Below are positions 17,698 to 26,204 of a stretch of DNA of 64,000 nt, piece after piece. The notes beneath the pieces were generated by a model. That model had not been told where the DNA came from. It ran no database searches and saw only the letters and a program-made list of their open reading frames with translations. Origin of the DNA: an uncultured Candidatus Saccharibacteria bacterium (GTDB lineage Bacteria > Patescibacteriota > Minisyncoccia > Phycocordibacterales > JACOZG01); the NCBI GenBank assembly GCA_964651115.1, contig CAZYXJ010000001.1:213077-277076 (forward strand), read 5' to 3'. How positions within the stretch are numbered: the stretch's first letter is position 1; every line of letters begins with the position of its first letter. A program made the position numbers and the translations under genes.

Positions 17698-18370
17698 GGT
17701 CCGGATTTTCCTGTGTGATTAGTTCGTAAGGAATAGCCTCGTCCGGCGCACACAGCTTGTACGGAAGCTGTTCATGAGTAAAATCAACAATTTCCTTAGT
17801 TCTTTTATCTTTCCATTTTGTGGAAATCTTTTTCATAAGTTCAACCTCTTCGCCCTGCAGAAGATCAAGCTTTTGACGGAGGGCTCCTGCACCAATTGAC
17901 ACGAGCATTGCGTCACCCTTGCGGTCTATTGTGATCTTCCCCTCATCTTCAAGTTCGTCAATCGCACGGAAATACGGATCGGGTACCGGACCGTAGGCAC
18001 GACGTAAGTACTGCATTCCGCTCATGCTTTCTAATTTTTCGTAATACCAAGCAAAATCGGCAAGGTAGAGAAGCTTTGCGAGTTTTGTTTTTGGCACCCG
18101 CCCATCAGTTGATGCAGGAAATTTAAGATACGCAATAATCATCTGCTTGTATTTTTCATACTGTGGAGCTGTTACTTTTGAAAGTTCTTCGATTGAAATA
18201 CCATACAATTCGCATAGTTTTTCTGCTTCCCGTAACGTCATTTCGCGTATTCCACGCTCTACGGCCATATAGGATTGGCGCGAGAGTCCAAGTTTTTCGG
18301 CTACTACTAACTGCGAAATACCCCTCTTTGTTCTAAGGGCTTTTATAAATGATGCGTATTTGGTGCTCAT
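17687..18370 (-). CDS. Antitoxin: XRE-family HTH fused to a Panacea (DUF4065/SocA-like) domain
   Basis: N-terminal HTH_XRE (LRTKRGISQLVVAEKLGLSRQSYMAVERG). C-terminal ...KLAKLLYLADFAWYYEKLESMSGMQYLRRAYGPVPDPYFRAIDELEDEGKI... matches the Panacea domain. Start at the internal Met (cat 18368-18370). Confidence 0.7.
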   Translation of the reverse strand: MSTKYASFIKALRTKRGISQLVVAEKLGLSRQSYMAVERGIREMTLREAEKLCELYGISIEELSKVTAPQYEKYKQMIIAYLKFPASTDGRVPKTKLAKLLYLADFAWYYEKLESMSGMQYLRRAYGPVPDPYFRAIDELEDEGKITIDRKGDAMLVSIGAGALRQKLDLLQGEEVELMKKISTKWKDKRTKEIVDFTHEQLPYKLCAPDEAIPYELITQENPDHVY

Positions 18371-18730
18371 GTCTAAAGTGTACATAACCTGTGTATAAAA
18401 TACAAACACAGGGTGTTGATATTCTATACACGCTCGTGGTAAAATTGTTGCACTGGACTAGTCGAACCAGCAGAAAAATAAACTTAATACCTTAGTACTA
18501 TGGCAAAAACCTCAAAAAAGGCCGGTAGGGCTGCATCAAAAGTGTTGCGGAGCAAAAGTGCAGGAAAAAATCCAAAGATAGCTGCCGCTTCTGCATTGCG
18601 ACAGCGTCAAGACCGCCAATAGAGGCTAACTTGAGCAAAAGTTACTGGCTTATAGAGAGCTCGCGGAGAAAGAGAATTGATTGGGTTACAGCCATTCACT
18701 AACAGCCCTAGAAAAGTATGCCTCGCTCAC

Positions 18731-18758
18731 ACAAAACCGCACAATGTGCGGTTTTGTG
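18731..18758. terminator. Perfect palindrome (acaaaaccgcaca-a-tgtgcggttttgt) immediately 3' of the R-M gene; candidate bidirectional terminator
   Basis: 13-bp arms read from the sequence. The T-tract is modest. Confidence 0.4.
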
Positions 18759-21700
18759 TTATAAGGCCACCTCATCAATTTCTCTCATAATTTTGTCTGT
18801 TTCCACCAAAGCAACAATAATTTTTTGATAGTGTTCAATATCGCCATTTGAAAGCATGCGACCCTTGCGGTCTTTCAACCACTTCTGCGCGGGTTGGTAG
18901 CCGCCGATGTAGAACGACCATGCGATCTCGGGGACGTTGCCAAAATACTGCGTTGCGTTGATGTATACACTGTCGCCCTTGCGAGTGATTTTCTCTACCT
19001 TGTTCGTGCCGACCTCGGGGTAGGTAGTGATGGGGGTGCGTACCGCCGCTGATTCGAGCAGGTGAAGTTCCCGGAGTTGTTTACCGAGCGCCGCGAGTGC
19101 GGCGAACTGCGCCTTATCTTTCGGATATGGGACGCGGGGGAAATCTATTCTAAGAAACTCCTTGTACTTCTCACGGTAGTTTGGTGAGTGCAGAACGGCG
19201 TAGACATAATCAAAGATATCCTCGGGCGTTGGTTCTTTTCCGACCAAAGAGGCAATCTGCTTCACAATGTCGCGGTTGAGGTTCGGTACACGAGTGCCGT
19301 CCCCCGCGTGTAAATAAAGTGGGACGTTCATGGCGTTTGTGGCTGTCGTTCCAGACAAGAATATTGCTTCGGAAATGGTATTTGTAACAAAGACGTGGTT
19401 GTAGTCAGCATCGCGGACGCTTTTTGTGACCAAAAGTCCGAGATTAGATCCTTGTAGGTAATGCTTCATTATTTTGTCTACCGGACGCCAAACTAGCGAT
19501 GAGTGGTAAAAGATCAGACGATCATCAAAAGGACGATATGCGATCTCTTTTACAAAGTTCGATAATTCATTTTCTTTCCGCAAAGCATCTCGAGCTTTCA
19601 ACGCATCCCAACCTTTTTTATCGCTGATACCAACCTCGGCGCACAATGCCCTTTGTGTGTTTGTTGTTGAGTTACGGAAACGTTCCGCGTTGGAAGCAAG
19701 ATTCTGGGTGTCACTGCCAATAACAAAGGCGTCTCTGGCTGTAACCACCCCATTCCCGTTTTCAATAAAGAGGTCTTTGATAGAAATGTTTTTTATGTAT
19801 TGAGCTTTTGTTTTCTCATCTCGCACTGTCCATTCGTAGTTTTGCGACTTGGGAGCGAGCTCGTGCCAGTGCATGGAGCCAAGTTCCATTTCATTGAGAC
19901 ACTCGAACTTCGTTCGCTTCGTTCCGAAACAGTCGGCGCGATAGACGTTGGCGAGAGAGCCCGAGCGTTTTCCTTTGCGGCGTACGCCAATAAGAATCGA
20001 GACGCCCTGTTTGATAGCGAACACGTTTTCATCTTTGCCACCATCGGGGGCTTTTTCTTTCTTGTTGGAATTTCCGTGGAGGTCGAGAACGTAAATCTCG
20101 CTGAACGTCTCCATGAGGTGATAGCGCATACCCCGAAACGTTGGGTTGTCGATGTACCCGTGTGCAGTAATCATTCCGACAATACCCTCACCGGTTTGTT
20201 CGATAAGACTCTCGGCGAAGCGAATGAACTTCACGTAGTCATCGTTTATCCATTTGCTGTTGCGTTCTTTGAGCTTTTGCGAAGTACCCGGCTCAACCTT
20301 GTAGACATCGTGCCCTGTGTACTCCTTGTTACTTGACTCTCCTGCGTAGGGGGGATTTCCTATCACAATCATTATCGGTGTGTCGTTCTTGATGCGAGCA
20401 GCGGCACGACTCTCCTCACTAATACTCTGTGCGAGACCGAGCATGCCAAAGAGCGAATCGTCAGGGCGCTCCGCTTTCTCAAGAGAGTTCGTGAGATACA
20501 CGCCGATACGGTCTTTGAAATCTTTTGCACCGGACTCGCGGAGGGTGGCGGCAAGTTTGAGGTGAGCGATGGTATAGGGCGCCATCATAAGCTCGAAGCC
20601 GTGGAGACGAGGGAGGAGGTCTTCATTCACGTAGCCACTGAATCGTCCTTCCTGTCCGGCGAATGTGCGACGGATGAGACGTATCGTCTCGTTAAGGAAG
20701 GTGCCAGTGCCAGTTGCTGGATCGAGCACCTGCACTTTGTGAATGGTGTCCTTCACTTTCTTGCCCTGCACCATTCGCGTGATATCTATCTTCTTCGTGT
20801 CGGCGAGACCTTGGGGTAGGTCGAAGTCGCGTTTGAGAATGGCATCAACCGAGCGCACGATGAAGTGCACGACGGCGGGTGGTGTGTAATACGCACCAAG
20901 CTTCTTTCGCTCTACTGGGTCGTATGCTTTGAGAAAGTCCTCGTAAAAGTGGATGACAGGGTCGGGCGCCGCCTGTTCTGCGCCCCATAGGTCTTGCTTG
21001 TAAATCTGTTGCATGAGTGCGCGGACATTAGCGTTGCCGAACACTTTGCAGAGGTCGTCGACGATTGGCTTCAATCGGTCGTCAAAGTCAGCACCGGCGA
21101 TGTGGTCGAAGAAGCGACGCAGGAGAGGGTTTGAGTGCGGGATAAGCTCACGCGCTTCTGCTCGTGTGAAGTCTTTGGGGGATTCATCGTGATACCTCGC
21201 GACGAAAAGACCGTACACGAGCGTCTGCGCATACATGTCGGTGAAGTCGTCGAGCGAAAGATCGTGGATGAGTTGCGATTTGAACGCCTCGTAGATGTCG
21301 AGGAGAGGTTTATTCTTGGGACTATCCGTTTTAAGAAAGCGCAGCAGATTGGCGCGGAGGCGCTTGCCGTTCTCTCCCATGATTTCGGCGAGGCGGTTCG
21401 CACGGCGCACCGGCTCCGCCGCATCTTCGAGGAAGGCTCGAATTGTGGTTTCTAAAAGGGCATATGAGTTTCCGTCCGGTGAAAGTGTCTCAAGGTCACT
21501 TATTACGATGGGGTCGCAATACGCTCCGCCATGCTTGTAGAAGCGAAACTCGAGATAATTCGTAAGGATGAGGTTAGCATAGCCAAAGTAACGTTTGAGT
21601 TGTTCCCCCTTGACGATATCGTCGAGGTTCTCCCCGAGACGCTTGGTCTCGACATAGCCGACTGGAAATCCGCCCTTGATGAGGGCAAAGTCGGGGGCAC

Positions 21701-21863
21701 CAAACTCGATCTTTCCCGGCTCATTCACCGCGTCCACGTCGGGAAGCATTGCCTCAAGTAGCACCTTAAGTGCGGGGCGGTGCTGGTGTTCTAGATCTTT
21801 GGTACCCACGCTGGAAGTCGCACTACGAGTTCGTGCAATTGCAGAAAGGTATGTTTCTAGCAT
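18759..21863 (-). CDS. Type IIL/IIG restriction-modification enzyme, MmeI-like single polypeptide (PD-ExK nuclease + N6-adenine methyltransferase + specificity domain)
   Basis: About 1034 aa from the MLETYLSAI start (cat 21861-21863; the upstream 90-aa extension overlaps the neighbouring gene). N-terminal D-x13-ETK nuclease motif (APDFALIKGGFPVGYVETKRLG). Central SAM-MTase with the NPPY motif (VIGNPPYAG) and large C-terminal target-recognition region, as in MmeI-family enzymes. Confidence 0.75.
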   Translation of the reverse strand: MLETYLSAIARTRSATSSVGTKDLEHQHRPALKVLLEAMLPDVDAVNEPGKIEFGAPDFALIKGGFPVGYVETKRLGENLDDIVKGEQLKRYFGYANLILTNYLEFRFYKHGGAYCDPIVISDLETLSPDGNSYALLETTIRAFLEDAAEPVRRANRLAEIMGENGKRLRANLLRFLKTDSPKNKPLLDIYEAFKSQLIHDLSLDDFTDMYAQTLVYGLFVARYHDESPKDFTRAEARELIPHSNPLLRRFFDHIAGADFDDRLKPIVDDLCKVFGNANVRALMQQIYKQDLWGAEQAAPDPVIHFYEDFLKAYDPVERKKLGAYYTPPAVVHFIVRSVDAILKRDFDLPQGLADTKKIDITRMVQGKKVKDTIHKVQVLDPATGTGTFLNETIRLIRRTFAGQEGRFSGYVNEDLLPRLHGFELMMAPYTIAHLKLAATLRESGAKDFKDRIGVYLTNSLEKAERPDDSLFGMLGLAQSISEESRAAARIKNDTPIMIVIGNPPYAGESSNKEYTGHDVYKVEPGTSQKLKERNSKWINDDYVKFIRFAESLIEQTGEGIVGMITAHGYIDNPTFRGMRYHLMETFSEIYVLDLHGNSNKKEKAPDGGKDENVFAIKQGVSILIGVRRKGKRSGSLANVYRADCFGTKRTKFECLNEMELGSMHWHELAPKSQNYEWTVRDEKTKAQYIKNISIKDLFIENGNGVVTARDAFVIGSDTQNLASNAERFRNSTTNTQRALCAEVGISDKKGWDALKARDALRKENELSNFVKEIAYRPFDDRLIFYHSSLVWRPVDKIMKHYLQGSNLGLLVTKSVRDADYNHVFVTNTISEAIFLSGTTATNAMNVPLYLHAGDGTRVPNLNRDIVKQIASLVGKEPTPEDIFDYVYAVLHSPNYREKYKEFLRIDFPRVPYPKDKAQFAALAALGKQLRELHLLESAAVRTPITTYPEVGTNKVEKITRKGDSVYINATQYFGNVPEIAWSFYIGGYQPAQKWLKDRKGRMLSNGDIEHYQKIIVALVETDKIMREIDEVAL

Positions 21864-22008
21864 GTTTTGAATTCCTGTATAAATAGCCTTCGGCCATATT
21901 ACCACCAAGCACAGGAGTTCACCACTCCAACGGCCCGGCTCTCTAAGTAACAGAAAAGACCCTTGCTTAAAAGCAAGGGTCTTGATTAGCGATTCGGGGG
22001 GGTAAGAA

Positions 22009-22584
22009 CTACGTTTTACGCCGGCGGCGAGCGCACAGTGGCGCCGCCAACCCAAGGAGCACGAGGCTCGTCGGCTCCGGCAAGCCGGAGCCCCGAAGAA
22101 AGATGAGGTTGGTACGGAACTCGTCCGCACCAAACTCTAACCAATTCCCCACGGCGCTGGGGTCTGAACTCCAACTGAGCCGCTCCAACTGCAAGGCATA
22201 ATAGCCCGACAGTCGAGGCTCTAGCATCGCACCAACATGGAAGCGCCTCTTCTCCCCCTCCGCTATTAAGTAAAAGTCTTGCCCATCACTGGGGGAAGAA
22301 CTTGTACTCAAAAACGCCATCATCGGCGATCCTACCCCCGGGGTGGCGAAGTTGAAGAACGAATACTGGAGCAGCGGTGATGGCCTGGCGGACAGCCGTG
22401 GAACATAGACATCCCCGGAGATGGCGATGATATCGAACCACATCCGGAAGTAACCGATGCTCCCCTCCTCGAAGTCTTTCTGCCAGACTTCCGCCTGACT
22501 GGAAACCAACGTCGCCACCGGCGACGCTACCGCAACGGAACACGTCACCAACGCCGCCGCCACAAAGGAAAACAGACGGTTCAT
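22009..22584 (-). CDS. Secreted PEP-CTERM sorting-domain protein
   Basis: 191 aa with N-terminal signal peptide. The C-terminus ...SGLPEPTSLVLLGLAAPLCARRRRKT* is PEP + TM + Arg-cluster, the PEP-CTERM/exosortase signal. Confidence 0.65.
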   Translation of the reverse strand: MNRLFSFVAAALVTCSVAVASPVATLVSSQAEVWQKDFEEGSIGYFRMWFDIIAISGDVYVPRLSARPSPLLQYSFFNFATPGVGSPMMAFLSTSSSPSDGQDFYLIAEGEKRRFHVGAMLEPRLSGYYALQLERLSWSSDPSAVGNWLEFGADEFRTNLIFLRGSGLPEPTSLVLLGLAAPLCARRRRKT

Positions 22585-22691
22585 TTTTAGCCCCTTTTTC
22601 TTTTTAAGGTCCTAGGAAAGTTGGCCCAACGCCAACTGACTGCTCAACTATATACTATATTTTCTATATTGTCAATAGGTAGGGATTCGAG

Positions 22692-23507
22692 CTATCGTTG
22701 AGCGTGTTTTAGGATCCATTTGGTGTGTTCGTTTTTGGACTTCGACCAAGCGGCAATGAGCTTTTTAGCTTCTTTTGGGTTTACCTTGACCCAGTCTCGG
22801 ACATGATTGGCGACTGATTTTTTGACAAATTTTATCTCGTCTTCTTTGAGTAATTCGAGGATTTCAAAAATTGGCTTTGGGTTCTCGTTCCACACATCAA
22901 GCTTCGGTGCCCAGGGTAGTTTGGGGCGAAGTCCTTCGGTTGCAAGTCGGCGGAGGTGAAAATTTTTGCTTTTTGCCCATTTGTTACATATCGCAAGAGT
23001 TTTCTCAGGATACTTACGAGCATACGGACGAATAGCATATTCTCCCGTGTTTCTTTTGGTAATTTCTTCGATAGCTTTTATTGACAGCGCAAAGTGATCA
23101 AGCCCGTATTTCTCGACAAATTTTCCAACCGGCATGAGCCAATAAAAATTAGTAAACATACCAGTTTCTTCTTTGTTTTCTGGCCCGAGTATTTGCAAAA
23201 GGATATCAAGTGCTTCCGGATATTTTTCTGGTAGATACTGCTTGAGTAGATCCGCAATGATTCCGATCCGTTGCGTGTAGCTCTTACCAACAACTGCTCG
23301 TTTAGTATCGCGAACAAAACCTTTCGTATCAAAATTTTTATATACGGCCGATATTTTCTCCGCAAGCATTACTGCCAAATCTTCTCCGAACACCTCCGTG
23401 ATTGAGATTCTGTCAGTCATTGCGGTGGATTCTGAAATTAGTTCGAACGGAATTCGCTCCTCGCCGCGCACACTAACAATTTTAAGTTTTTCTTTAGCGG
23501 AATACAA
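22692..23507 (-). CDS. DNA alkylation repair protein (AlkD/AlkC-like HEAT-repeat glycosylase family)
   Basis: 271 aa all-alpha protein. ...FVKKSVANHVRDWVKVNPKEAKKLI... resembles the DNA_alkylation family C-terminal signature. Low GC. Confidence 0.5.
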   Translation of the reverse strand: MYSAKEKLKIVSVRGEERIPFELISESTAMTDRISITEVFGEDLAVMLAEKISAVYKNFDTKGFVRDTKRAVVGKSYTQRIGIIADLLKQYLPEKYPEALDILLQILGPENKEETGMFTNFYWLMPVGKFVEKYGLDHFALSIKAIEEITKRNTGEYAIRPYARKYPEKTLAICNKWAKSKNFHLRRLATEGLRPKLPWAPKLDVWNENPKPIFEILELLKEDEIKFVKKSVANHVRDWVKVNPKEAKKLIAAWSKSKNEHTKWILKHAQR

Positions 23508-23600
23508 ATTCGAGCGTGCGAAGCACGCACAATTGTTCTTTTAAAAGAAAAGTGCCCAGACCGAAGTCCAGGCACTTGCACCATCAGTTGCTGTGATGTT

Positions 23601-24446
23601 TCAACGGGAGGATGGAACGAGCCGAAGCAACCGCACCGAGACGATCTCGTAGTTGAGAACACCGAGGAGCGCTCCTGCGATTGCGCCGATGATGGCACTG
23701 CCAAATGTGTAGCCGATGGCGGCACCGATTGTGGCATCGACGAAGCAGATCGTCCGGCGTTGTGAGTGAACGTACACGAACACACCAGCGACGAACTGCG
23801 CGAGGGCGCTCGCCACGCGGCGCACACCATTGATTGTCGCGGGCACTGCACGCGCAATCGCTGACGGTGTACGAACGGCGACCCACTTCAGTCCGCGAAT
23901 GACCGCAAGGGTTGCGCCGATTGGATTGCAGTGGAGAATAAACATCCACCCTATCTCGGCGATATCGCGGAGTCCCTGTTCGCGGTCTGCCGCATCTTTC
24001 GCGCCACTCGAAATGCTAACTGTCATGAACCACCCCAGAAGTGCGCCCATGACCGAAAAGACGAGCATTGACCAGAGCGTACCGACGAGAACCGGCACGG
24101 GATTGTCGCTGAAGTAAGCGAACGCGACTCCTCCAACGCCGACGATTGACGAGTACATCATGACGACACCTCCCGACATCACCACGAGTGTTTTCCACCC
24201 GTGCAAATCGGGACGCCACGCGATCGTGCGGCGGTAGGAATGGACGACACCGGCGCAGAAGTGCCGAAAGTCGATCGCGACATAAGCGGTGATACCGCCG
24301 ACCAAAGCGCCGAAAGCGCACAGATACGAGCCGTACTCGAATCGTGTCGAGATCTCGAGTGCGGTCAGGGTGCCGACCAAAGCGCCGAAAGCGCACGCAA
24401 GGGCGATTGAAAGCCAGTCACGTGTCATGTTCATTTTTACCTCCAC
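23601..24446 (-). CDS. Polytopic membrane protein, function unknown
   Basis: 281 aa, 6 or more predicted TM helices. Confidence 0.45.
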   Translation of the reverse strand: MEVKMNMTRDWLSIALACAFGALVGTLTALEISTRFEYGSYLCAFGALVGGITAYVAIDFRHFCAGVVHSYRRTIAWRPDLHGWKTLVVMSGGVVMMYSSIVGVGGVAFAYFSDNPVPVLVGTLWSMLVFSVMGALLGWFMTVSISSGAKDAADREQGLRDIAEIGWMFILHCNPIGATLAVIRGLKWVAVRTPSAIARAVPATINGVRRVASALAQFVAGVFVYVHSQRRTICFVDATIGAAIGYTFGSAIIGAIAGALLGVLNYEIVSVRLLRLVPSSR

Positions 24447-24647
24447 TTTTCAAGGTTCAATTTATCTAAGCAACGTGCCTAGATTTCGGAGCAATCATAG
24501 CATTATTTACCTAATACGTCAAGAAGCAGCGTTTAGCTGCTTCTTGGAAAAATTCAGAATGAAAAAATTTCTTTTTCGCCAAAAATCCCATACAAATTAG
24601 CCGCCGAGCGCAGGGAGGCGGGCAACTCGCATTTACAATTTCCTTTC

Positions 24648-24737
<90 letters not shown>

Positions 24738-24749
24738 GTAAGTGCTATC

Positions 24750-25619
24750 TTACCACCGTCCGCTGGCGCCGCCACCACCACTAGATCCCCCGCCAAAGCC
24801 ACCAAAGCCGCCGCTCGAATGTCCCCCACCACCGCCTCCAAAGCCACCAATCGTCCAACCACCGCCGCCATTGATCTTACCCCCCTTTTCCACAAAGCGC
24901 GAAACAAAAAAGTCGAGTAGCAAGCCGCCCAGCGCCAGCCCGGCCACGCCGATCCACGGCAAGCTACCAAAGTAGGCCCACAGCGCTCCCACGACACCAC
25001 CCACCACGCCACCGTGCCACCAAGACTTAGAGCGACCAAAAATTTGTATCGCGATAATAAGAACAAAGTAAAACAAGGTCGGCCACAACTGACTCCAATC
25101 CGTCGGCGGTTGGGCCAAGTCAGGAGGCACCGCACCCGAAAGCGTCGTAACGAGGGCCCGCGCGCCTTCCACGGTGCCTAACGAGAGATTGTTGCCAGCA
25201 AAGAGTGGCAACATAATCTGATCAATAATCTTCCAAGCCGTCGCGTCGGGCAGGTCACCCTCGAGGCCATAGCCCACTTCGATCCGCACTTCTCGCTCAT
25301 TGGGCGCCACCAAGAGCAGGACGCCATTATCTTTCTCGCTGGTCCCAATGGCCCACTCTTCAAACAAGGCGACGGCATAAGTCTCGATTGTCTCGTCGCC
25401 GAGCGCGGGCACCGTCACCACGGCGATCTCGTTGGTCGTTTCCCGGCGATGAGCGGCCAACTCTGACTCCAGCAGGACCTCTTCGGCGTCATCAATCACG
25501 CCAGCAAAGTCATTAACCAAACCACGGGGATTGCCCGGGCTCGTGTAGGCCCACAGCAAAATCGGCATCACGAGGATGCCGAGTCCGCCGACCACTCGCG
25601 AGCGCCAGGTGGTGGTCAT
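24750..25619 (-). CDS. TPM-domain protein (YgcG-like) with Gly-rich C-terminal tail
   Basis: Signal/TM N-terminus, TPM phosphatase-like core (...NEIAVVTVPALGDETIETYAVALFEEWAIG...VLLLVAPNEREVRIEVGYGLEG), then a TM segment and GGGG-rich tail. Confidence 0.7.
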   Translation of the reverse strand: MTTTWRSRVVGGLGILVMPILLWAYTSPGNPRGLVNDFAGVIDDAEEVLLESELAAHRRETTNEIAVVTVPALGDETIETYAVALFEEWAIGTSEKDNGVLLLVAPNEREVRIEVGYGLEGDLPDATAWKIIDQIMLPLFAGNNLSLGTVEGARALVTTLSGAVPPDLAQPPTDWSQLWPTLFYFVLIIAIQIFGRSKSWWHGGVVGGVVGALWAYFGSLPWIGVAGLALGGLLLDFFVSRFVEKGGKINGGGGWTIGGFGGGGGGHSSGGFGGFGGGSSGGGGASGRW

Positions 25620-25625
25620 GATTTT

Positions 25626-26180
25626 TTAGAGATTAACGGCTGGGACAGCGTCCGTGCCCTCGGCCGCTTCAAAGTAAGCCCGTTCGTCAAAGCCAGCTAG
25701 CCGAGCCACCACACTGCCCGGAAAGCGCTTCGCGATCAAGTTGTAATCCCGAATCGTGTCGTTAAAGCGCTTACGCTCCACGCTCACTCGATTTTCCGTT
25801 CCTTCCAACTGGACCATCAAGCCCTGAACGGTTTCGACCGAACGGAGAGCCGGATAATTTTCCATCACCACCAAGAGACGGGCAAGACCAGTCTCCACCG
25901 CGCTGGCGGCTGAGGCCTTGTCGTTAACCGTCGCCGCGCCGGCATAGCGCGTGCGCGCCTCGGCCAAATTCTCAAAAATAGTTTTTTCTTGCGTCATAAA
26001 GCCGCGCACACTCGCCACGAGATTAGGGATCAGATCGAAGCGTCGCTGATATTGCACTTCCACTTGCGCCCACTGACTATCGGCCACCTCATTTTTCGTA
26101 ATCAACGAATTGTAGGTCAACCAAAAGTAACCACCCACCAACAGCACCAACACCACAATGATTAGCCAGGTTTTTTTCAT
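25626..26180 (-). CDS. LemA-family membrane protein
   Basis: 184 aa, N-terminal TM plus ...YNSLITKNEVADSQWAQVEVQYQRRFDLIPNLV... LemA signature. Commonly paired with TPM proteins. Confidence 0.75.
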   Translation of the reverse strand: MKKTWLIIVVLVLLVGGYFWLTYNSLITKNEVADSQWAQVEVQYQRRFDLIPNLVASVRGFMTQEKTIFENLAEARTRYAGAATVNDKASAASAVETGLARLLVVMENYPALRSVETVQGLMVQLEGTENRVSVERKRFNDTIRDYNLIAKRFPGSVVARLAGFDERAYFEAAEGTDAVPAVNL

Positions 26181-26204
26181 AGTCTTTATCTTAGCACGAC
26201 GGGC

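Larger units (their letters stand above)
17300..24647. mobile_element. Candidate horizontally acquired defence island next to tRNA-Ser (toxin/antitoxin, Type IIL R-M, PEP-CTERM, AlkD-like, membrane protein)
   Basis: Visibly lower GC and different codon bias than the flanking gap/groEL backbone (visual estimate, not computed). It is adjacent to a tRNA gene and carries defence cargo. No integrase was seen. Confidence 0.35.

Noticed and set aside
18759-22133. Full 1124-aa extent of the R-M ORF from the track, with its Arg/Ser-rich 90-aa N-terminal extension
   Set aside because: The extension overlaps the PEP-CTERM gene by 125 bp and is compositionally aberrant. The internal Met at 21863 (MLETYLSAI...) was preferred as the start.
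22585-22691. Possible att-site remnant: gtagggattcgagc resembling the tRNA-Ser T-arm (agggattcgaaccc)
   Set aside because: Only 12/14 identity over a short stretch with no extended acceptor-stem match. It is too weak to call an island boundary and is mentioned only as a hint within the island finding.
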